A stretch of DNA of 64,000 nt from a virus. The position numbers were made by a program, and so were the translations under genes. The notes beneath the pieces are model-generated. The model was not told where the DNA came from. It worked only from the letters and a program-made list of their open reading frames with translations, and did no database searches. Below, one piece after another: positions 57,406-64,000 of this stretch (positions are counted from its first letter, which is position 1; the number at the start of each line of letters is the position of its first letter). Location: the IMG/VR virus record IMGVR_UViG_3300025892_002268, positions 32,115-96,114 of that record; one strand, 5' to 3'.

Positions 57406-59692
57406 ATAAAACCTTTATGTCTAAGTCTCTAGTGTAGTTGTACTTTCCGTCATAAGCCTTTACAGTTATATTGTACTCTTGTAGTGGATCTTCGACACTA
57501 CCGCCAGTGTCTGTTTCTGGAACTAATACAGCGTCAGTCATTAAATATCTGCCCTTCATCGTGAATAAATCCTCATGCTGCCCCCCAGAGATACTATATA
57601 TAGGATGTGGTATATGTTCTAAACCCAAAGGTCCATCATGGTCAAGAGCTAAGAAATCAGGATCTGTTAGTTCTACTTCTGCAACAACAATGCCAGCTGG
57701 CATATAAGGAAATACGGTTTTATTAGAAACCATAACAACTTTATCACCCACCACATGTGTCATGGGTTCGTCTACGCCCGCTTCTTCGTTATACTGTTTT
57801 ACAAGTATTCTGAGAACAGTATAATAAGTAAATTTCTTTTGATCTCTTAATCTTGTAACCTTGCATTTTATACGAATTAAATATACATTTCTTTTTTCAT
57901 AATCTATATCTTCAACATCTCCAGCCCAACTTATAGCTCCATCAGTACTGACATTGAAAAGATCATAATGATAAGCTCCATACCCCGGCTCCACAGCTGG
58001 ATTTACATTGAAAAACTGTTTAGAAATTGATGGTTGATTACCACCCCCCGCTGGTTGCCACATGTCAACTATGTCAACTTTAGCGCCTTGTAAATTGCCA
58101 GTTTTTTCTTCTATCGTTATATAATCAACTGGCATACCATTTGCACAACAATCATCCGCTATTGTTGGAAAAATGTAAGAATTAGTAAACGCCCACTCCA
58201 TGCTAGCTTGTACTTTATTTGGAGAACTTTCCCAGCTATCTTCTAACGCTAGATCAAAAGCCACATCTCCTTGAGGCGTTTCGTCTACTATTAAACCTTG
58301 TAGAGACTGCCATTCAGTATATATGTTTTTACCCTTGACAAAAGTAGCTTCTATACTCAACGTTTTTCTACCAGCAGCATCGCTAGATAAACTTTGTAGT
58401 AGAGGTCCATTAAGTTTACCAAGTATGGGCGTAGTTGAAATAGCCGCATGGGGTCTATCATGACTAATGGTTATTCTTTCATAAACCGTATTAGTCAATT
58501 TGTATTTGTCTGATACTTCATACTCATAATTAAAATTTATAACATCGCTATGCTCACTGAAAGCCAATGAATGAGACACATCAGAACCACGCTTATTAGA
58601 GCTATAGTTACTTAGGGGAGAAGTGGCATCTCTTACTTCTTCGTTTTCGGTGAGAGATGCTGTATTTTTTACTATATTAAATAAGCTTTCTTGAAAAGTA
58701 TTAAACACAGCAGGAATAGATAAGTTACTTGCCAAAGATTTTAATTGACCTTGGACATCAAGTGTAACTCCATCAGCACTTCTAGAAACCTCAGTTTGTA
58801 ATCCAACAACATAATTTTGTTCTACGTTAGTAGGCACTAAAACCATATCATAATTTAAAGTTACACTTCCAGATGTTGGGTCTATTTTTAGATCTTTACT
58901 CTTAACATTGCGAGCTTTGAAAGTTCTAGTATCTCCAGCAAGCATCACTATATCATTATTTTGTGGAGCTATTAGCCTAAGAGCGTGTGCCGCTTTATGA
59001 GCGTCTAGAGAAGTTCCTGTCAAGCTAACCTTTGCGACGTAATGGCTGGAAGAAACAAGGTTGCCAGCTTGTACATATCCCATGCCCTCTTCATCAGATA
59101 CATCAATGTTAGTAGTGTAAGTTTCTAAATCATCCGTAGCTAACTCTGTAGACTCAAAAGTCATAGTATAATCAGCACTATTATAATATCTACCAGCCGC
59201 AAAGTCTATAGATATTAATCTGCAATTAGCAAACTCACATAATGTTTCGTCTTTAACTATTTTTATGTGCCAATACTTGTTATCTCTCAGGTCTTTTCGT
59301 ATTTGATTCTGTATATTAAATATTTTAGTAGCAGAGGTAGGTCCAGCAGCTGGTAGTCCTAAAACTTTACCAGTAAATGTAAGAGTGTGTTTAGAAGAAG
59401 CTTGAGATCTAAAAGAGCGATCTACTAAAAAAGTAGTATTGGTCTCAACTAAAGGCAAAGCGTCAGGAAAATCGAAGTGAGTTGTGGTCTCTCCTGTTTC
59501 TGAATCATAAGTATTATATTTTATCTTTCCTTTTGGGAAACCAAACTTCTTATCCTCTAATATGTCTTTAGGCTGACAAAGCAAAGTCTCGTCATTCTTG
59601 TTGTATAAAAGATCGCTTGTTCCTTCGTAAGCAACGCTTTTAATATCAACATCACCACTACGCGGTTTATGCTCATCACCAAATACCCTCAT
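57389..59692 (-). CDS. tail structural protein with C-terminal cadherin-like domains
   Basis: LFNVSTDG...IDYEKRNVYLIRI; TDPD...YSISGG...LFTM...YNITVKAYDG. Confidence 0.7.
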   Translation of the reverse strand: MRVFGDEHKPRSGDVDIKSVAYEGTSDLLYNKNDETLLCQPKDILEDKKFGFPKGKIKYNTYDSETGETTTHFDFPDALPLVETNTTFLVDRSFRSQASSKHTLTFTGKVLGLPAAGPTSATKIFNIQNQIRKDLRDNKYWHIKIVKDETLCEFANCRLISIDFAAGRYYNSADYTMTFESTELATDDLETYTTNIDVSDEEGMGYVQAGNLVSSSHYVAKVSLTGTSLDAHKAAHALRLIAPQNNDIVMLAGDTRTFKARNVKSKDLKIDPTSGSVTLNYDMVLVPTNVEQNYVVGLQTEVSRSADGVTLDVQGQLKSLASNLSIPAVFNTFQESLFNIVKNTASLTENEEVRDATSPLSNYSSNKRGSDVSHSLAFSEHSDVINFNYEYEVSDKYKLTNTVYERITISHDRPHAAISTTPILGKLNGPLLQSLSSDAAGRKTLSIEATFVKGKNIYTEWQSLQGLIVDETPQGDVAFDLALEDSWESSPNKVQASMEWAFTNSYIFPTIADDCCANGMPVDYITIEEKTGNLQGAKVDIVDMWQPAGGGNQPSISKQFFNVNPAVEPGYGAYHYDLFNVSTDGAISWAGDVEDIDYEKRNVYLIRIKCKVTRLRDQKKFTYYTVLRILVKQYNEEAGVDEPMTHVVGDKVVMVSNKTVFPYMPAGIVVAEVELTDPDFLALDHDGPLGLEHIPHPIYSISGGQHEDLFTMKGRYLMTDAVLVPETDTGGSVEDPLQEYNITVKAYDGKYNYTRDLDIKVLYEQPS

Positions 59693-59694
59693 TT

Positions 59695-62600
59695 TTAAAA
59701 TCCTCCTCTACTGACTAAAAAGCTAATATTTGTAGCCTTAAAGATCGTGTCCTGTATATCCTTTGCGCTTTCTGTATCTTCGTAAAAATCAGACCCGAAT
59801 GTTCCTTGACCAAATAGTGCGCCGCTAGTCTGTAGATGCAACTCTCCAGAGTTCCTAATAGCGTTGTAGGTGTACAGATCTACATTATTATACACATTAC
59901 CTTGATCGGGAGCTTGGCTAAATAAATTCATAACACCTGATAACGGAGGGTTATCTCCCTGCGTAACAATTGGCAGTATAGCATCAGTCATTACTCCAAA
60001 TGCGTACCTGCCTTCTATCTTATCTATATACGGCCTGTGTACAACATACCCCTTATCTATAGCGTCTTGCCCAGAAGCTTCGATAAATATTTCACCATTA
60101 ATAGTAGATAATACCCTTCCTTCATATATCACCTTTTTATCATAAGCCGTGCCGTTAGAAAAATTAAATTTGGTATAATTCTTTTCACTTTCATATTCTC
60201 CATAAATTCTTCCAGATATATAAGTGTCGGGGTGAGAAAATGCTGGTCTTAATTTTCTTAGCATACCATCAAATGCCCAAGCTGCTCCAGCGTCTTGCAA
60301 CCTAGAACCATCAGTCATAGGATACGAATGGCTTTCAGCTCCAGCTGCTAATATATAATCTGCATCATTTCTTCTAGACCTGTACAATCCAAGAGACTCA
60401 CCAAAGTATGTATTTTCTCCAGAGCCTTGAACTCTGGAATTGTAACCTTGAGGAATCAACTTATGAATTTGCGTCCAAGATTGAATTTTTTGTCCCCAAT
60501 CACTGATCTTATTTTCGTAAGTAAATACAGCTCCATTATTAATGACTACTGATCCACTGCCGGGGAATAAAGTTCTATTATCAGCGATAGCTAAATCATG
60601 AGAGGTTACTTGGGTAATATCAAACTGCTCATTAAATTCTTTTCTCATAAACTCTGCGGAAGTTTTCTCAAAGTGAGTTTCAAAATTATGAGCAGGAGCA
60701 GAAATTGCTAATATATCTCCTTCCAAAGCAATATTATAACCAAACATATCTGAAACATGAGCGTTATTAGATAAAAATTCGTCAGTATAATTATGATCTC
60801 CAAATATACCAGAGGCTTCCACGGCAGTAAGACTTGGATAGCCTACGCTAATTTCTTCTGGTCTAAATTTGCCAGTAACCTCCCAAGGTATACCAGTTGT
60901 TATTTCTCTAGAGTAGTTAGTAGTGCCTTTTCCTTCTCCAACAACTCCTGTTCTTTCAACAACATAAACAGATCCTGCTCCACCATTAAAACCTAGCTCA
61001 GTACCGTAAATCCCCGTGGTAGACTTCTCAACGACATCTTGCCAAGTTACAATTTCATCTTCTTGAGTATATGTGGCAAACGGAGATCCAACATATAATT
61101 TATCTTTATGTAAATAAACCTTGTATCCAAACAAGTCTCCGGGATACCCAGAATTAAAAACTTTAAAGTCTAAGTGATCAATACCAGTTTCTCTCATTAG
61201 TTGTGGTATTCTTTCCGAAATACCAGCATCCTCATAAGTAATTCCATTGTACGTGTCAAGAAGTTTAGTAGTCGAGCTGTATTTTTCTTCTACCTTAACA
61301 AACTCATCATGATACCACTTTTGTTCATAGGCTTTTTTAGCTGCTACTCCAGCTTCTGGAGGTTTCATATTACTAAACCTCTCCCCCGGAGTTACTCTTG
61401 GTGCGTCTGGAAGCTTCCTGAACTTACCCGGATCGTCAGCCTTCATCAAATCAAGCATTCCATCAAAAGGAGGCCTTACAAAGTTCTTTGGTGGTACGGG
61501 CAAAATTTGTTTTTTACCTTCATCGTCAGAATAATCAGTTAATGGCAGTTCATTACTTTCGTATTTACCAAAGCGATAATTTAAACCTGAGTTTTCTGGG
61601 TATGCATTAATTAGACGGCTAGGAGATGATCTTTCGGGTGAAATAATCTTAAAAGTAGACTCGTATGTCCGACCACTATTCCAAAAATCATCACCCCCTC
61701 GACCAGACTCCATCATCTCCATTTCTAGATCATTAAAAATTTGAGGATATAAGCTTTGAAGAAAATAAGCGACATCCTGATTAACTCTTTCTTGATCTTC
61801 TGTTAATATTGTTTTACCTTGTATCAAACTAGGATCACTAATTACAGTCACTCTAGATTTATTATGCCCATTAAAGTATCCAGCTTGATGGTAAATTTCT
61901 TGAGCTACAACAACGGGACCATCAGCAATTGCTGGAGACTGTATACCCGAACCATAACCAGCAGGATGCTGTTCAGCACAAACATCACTATTTGCTTCTA
62001 AACAATATTTATCACTGTGAGTGCTAATTTGTCTAATAACATCTATCTCGTAGGAATATGCGTCAACTGCCGGTCTAGTTGTGACGAAATTTTCCCAAAT
62101 AGGTATATTAACAACATTAGTTTCAGTCGCCATAGGAATTCTAACACCAGAAATAGACAACAAACGATGAGTGAATTTTTCTGTAGGATTATCTTGTTTC
62201 CGATAGGTGGTATCATTAAAAATAAATATTTCTAATTCGTCGGTATCGCCAAGTTGTAAGTCAAGCTCAAAAGGTCTAGAGCCGTTATTTTGAAACTTTG
62301 TACCGTTTTCTACTAACGTCTGGCGAACAGTTCCATCTTCTGATGTATCTGAGATTTTTAGATTTACTCCGTTTGCAAAAGGTGTTTTACTTGCGTTTGA
62401 AACCGCAAACAATAAGGGTGCTTCTTCATTTGCACTCTCCGAAACTATATCAAAGAATAATCTAAACATATTATTGTCGTCAGTTTCTGGAACATCTTCT
62501 CTAGGTTCTGGTATTTTAAATGAGACTTTGGTAATTCCAGTGTGGAATGCAGGAACTCCTTGAGAAATTGTTTTTAGATCTTGCACTGGAGGTTCAAAAT

Positions 62601-64000
62601 ATGCTACAGGAATTGCGCCATTTACATCAATCGGAATGAATTGATGATAATAACCAACACCTTTACCATCTCTACCGAACGGTGGAAGATTAATTGTAAA
62701 ATCAATAGTTTCATCACCATCAGCAGAAATCATTCTAGAATCAGCATCAAAACCTCTAGTTACAAAATGGTTTTCATTTAATACTATACCATATCCTTGA
62801 AATCTTTTAATATCTTCTCTTTCAGCAATTTTATTTTTACCGGGGAGAAACATTGGCTTCATACCAAGGCCAAGTCTTTTACAAATATCTTCAGCCACAT
62901 TAGCTGCTAATATCATATATTCATCTAAGTTAGAGGGACTATTATCTCTATCAATATTTGGTTCTTGCCCATAAGTAATAATGACTTTTTTATTACCAGA
63001 AGACAGAAAAGTTTTGATATTATCTATATCGTCTTGAGATGGGTACTGGTCTGTATTTGCTATCCAAGCTACATCGTAACCTTTAGAGACATCGTTTAAG
63101 TCTTTAACTTTTACATTTTTATCAAAGTTAATGCCTAGAGAAGTCATTTGCATCTCAATGTCTGAATCTACATATGCATCTTGAAAAGAAACCCTATTAG
63201 TAAATCCTCCAAGGAGTGCAACCCTTGATGATCCGAGAGAATCTTTAGCTAAAATATTAAAATAAAGATTTAAGTTTTTATCACCATCTGACGAAAGTAA
63301 AATTTCTCTGTTTTCAGTTAAAGTGCCAGCAATTAAAAATACGGAAGAAAGATCAGCCGTCTTCAATGAAGGTGTTATAAATTTAGCTTCCGCTATGTAA
63401 CATGCATGTGAAGTATAATTATATTCTCTTTCAACTAATTCAATAGGAAGTGATGCTTGCGCTTGAAGAATAGCGTCTTTACCATTATACTCTTCTGGAT
63501 CATAGAATAAGCTTGTAGAATTAATATTATTTATATTCATTTCTAATGATGTATAATTGTTCTCTTCAGCAGACCATAAAAAGTCTATGCCAGAATAAGG
63601 AATATCTCCGAAACTTTTTCTGATACTACTTTTTGTGTCTGTCCCAACCTGTCTCCTCTCGTCGAATTCCTCTTCAGGAACTGCTGGTACAAAAATTGTT
63701 TGTTTGACTGACTCATAAGCTGCCATTATCGGAATTGGCTCACTATTGTCTCTTTTGTTGGCAGATAACACTGGTGGACAAACTTCATCGCATACGGTAC
63801 ATTTCCAATCATTACAAGTTGTATGAGAGCCGTACATAAACGCAAGATTATGTTCATAATCATTGAATGATACTTGACCTTTACAATTTCTGTAGACGCA
63901 CTGATCTATATATTTAGCTCTTAAATCTCCCTCGTGAATAATAGGTAGTTCGCATTTGTCGTTTAATTCTCTGTAAGTTAACTTTCTACCACCCTCATTA
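59695..64000 (-). CDS. very large virion protein with FG-GAP (integrin-like beta-propeller) repeats; 5' end lies beyond the window
   Basis: GDLFGYKV...VGSP...GAGSVYV; DMFGYNIA...ISAP...GAVFTY; YFGESL...AGA...AGAAWAF; no stop in frame from 63837 to 64000. Confidence 0.75.
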   Translation of the reverse strand, partial: NEGGRKLTYRELNDKCELPIIHEGDLRAKYIDQCVYRNCKGQVSFNDYEHNLAFMYGSHTTCNDWKCTVCDEVCPPVLSANKRDNSEPIPIMAAYESVKQTIFVPAVPEEEFDERRQVGTDTKSSIRKSFGDIPYSGIDFLWSAEENNYTSLEMNINNINSTSLFYDPEEYNGKDAILQAQASLPIELVEREYNYTSHACYIAEAKFITPSLKTADLSSVFLIAGTLTENREILLSSDGDKNLNLYFNILAKDSLGSSRVALLGGFTNRVSFQDAYVDSDIEMQMTSLGINFDKNVKVKDLNDVSKGYDVAWIANTDQYPSQDDIDNIKTFLSSGNKKVIITYGQEPNIDRDNSPSNLDEYMILAANVAEDICKRLGLGMKPMFLPGKNKIAEREDIKRFQGYGIVLNENHFVTRGFDADSRMISADGDETIDFTINLPPFGRDGKGVGYYHQFIPIDVNGAIPVAYFEPPVQDLKTISQGVPAFHTGITKVSFKIPEPREDVPETDDNNMFRLFFDIVSESANEEAPLLFAVSNASKTPFANGVNLKISDTSEDGTVRQTLVENGTKFQNNGSRPFELDLQLGDTDELEIFIFNDTTYRKQDNPTEKFTHRLLSISGVRIPMATETNVVNIPIWENFVTTRPAVDAYSYEIDVIRQISTHSDKYCLEANSDVCAEQHPAGYGSGIQSPAIADGPVVVAQEIYHQAGYFNGHNKSRVTVISDPSLIQGKTILTEDQERVNQDVAYFLQSLYPQIFNDLEMEMMESGRGGDDFWNSGRTYESTFKIISPERSSPSRLINAYPENSGLNYRFGKYESNELPLTDYSDDEGKKQILPVPPKNFVRPPFDGMLDLMKADDPGKFRKLPDAPRVTPGERFSNMKPPEAGVAAKKAYEQKWYHDEFVKVEEKYSSTTKLLDTYNGITYEDAGISERIPQLMRETGIDHLDFKVFNSGYPGDLFGYKVYLHKDKLYVGSPFATYTQEDEIVTWQDVVEKSTTGIYGTELGFNGGAGSVYVVERTGVVGEGKGTTNYSREITTGIPWEVTGKFRPEEISVGYPSLTAVEASGIFGDHNYTDEFLSNNAHVSDMFGYNIALEGDILAISAPAHNFETHFEKTSAEFMRKEFNEQFDITQVTSHDLAIADNRTLFPGSGSVVINNGAVFTYENKISDWGQKIQSWTQIHKLIPQGYNSRVQGSGENTYFGESLGLYRSRRNDADYILAAGAESHSYPMTDGSRLQDAGAAWAFDGMLRKLRPAFSHPDTYISGRIYGEYESEKNYTKFNFSNGTAYDKKVIYEGRVLSTINGEIFIEASGQDAIDKGYVVHRPYIDKIEGRYAFGVMTDAILPIVTQGDNPPLSGVMNLFSQAPDQGNVYNNVDLYTYNAIRNSGELHLQTSGALFGQGTFGSDFYEDTESAKDIQDTIFKATNISFLVSRGGF

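Noticed and set aside
1-64000. Stop-codon reassignment, as in some jumbo phages
   Set aside because: Genes tile the window densely under code 11, and TAA, TAG and TGA all end conserved proteins at their expected ends.
1-64000. tRNA/rRNA genes
   Set aside because: Intergenic gaps are short and none shows a cloverleaf or a T-loop (GTTCRA) in a suitable context.

Overview
This window is a segment of a large, AT-rich (roughly one-third GC by eye), tailed dsDNA bacteriophage, probably a jumbo or myovirus-like phage, read in the standard genetic code. Positions 1-47.5 kb are all on the + strand. They carry rIIB; nucleotide metabolism genes (GMP reductase, dCMP deaminase, NDT-like hydrolase, class II RNR, dUTPase, dNMP kinase); a phage sigma factor; a putative lysis-type cassette (membrane-anchored PAS protein, holin-like protein, papain-like protease); tail-fibre/adhesin genes; PhoH; recombination and replication genes (RecA/UvsX, UvsY-like, DnaB, DnaG, Cas4-like nuclease, two SSBs, Rad52-like); a DNA polymerase III alpha (DnaE) split into two intein-less genes around a nuclease and a DnaQ exonuclease; and several glycosyltransferase-type genes, most in one 8-gene cluster. 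Positions 47.6-64 kb are a convergent - strand block of very large virion structural genes with cadherin and FG-GAP domains. No tRNA, rRNA, CRISPR array, intron or reverse transcriptase was seen. The best candidates for undescribed systems are the PAS-sensor/holin/cysteine-protease cassette (with a second membrane-protein cluster and no peptidoglycan hydrolase in the window), the genes-in-pieces DnaE, and the glycosylation cluster rich in degenerate enzymes. All family calls come from visual motif recognition, not database searches.
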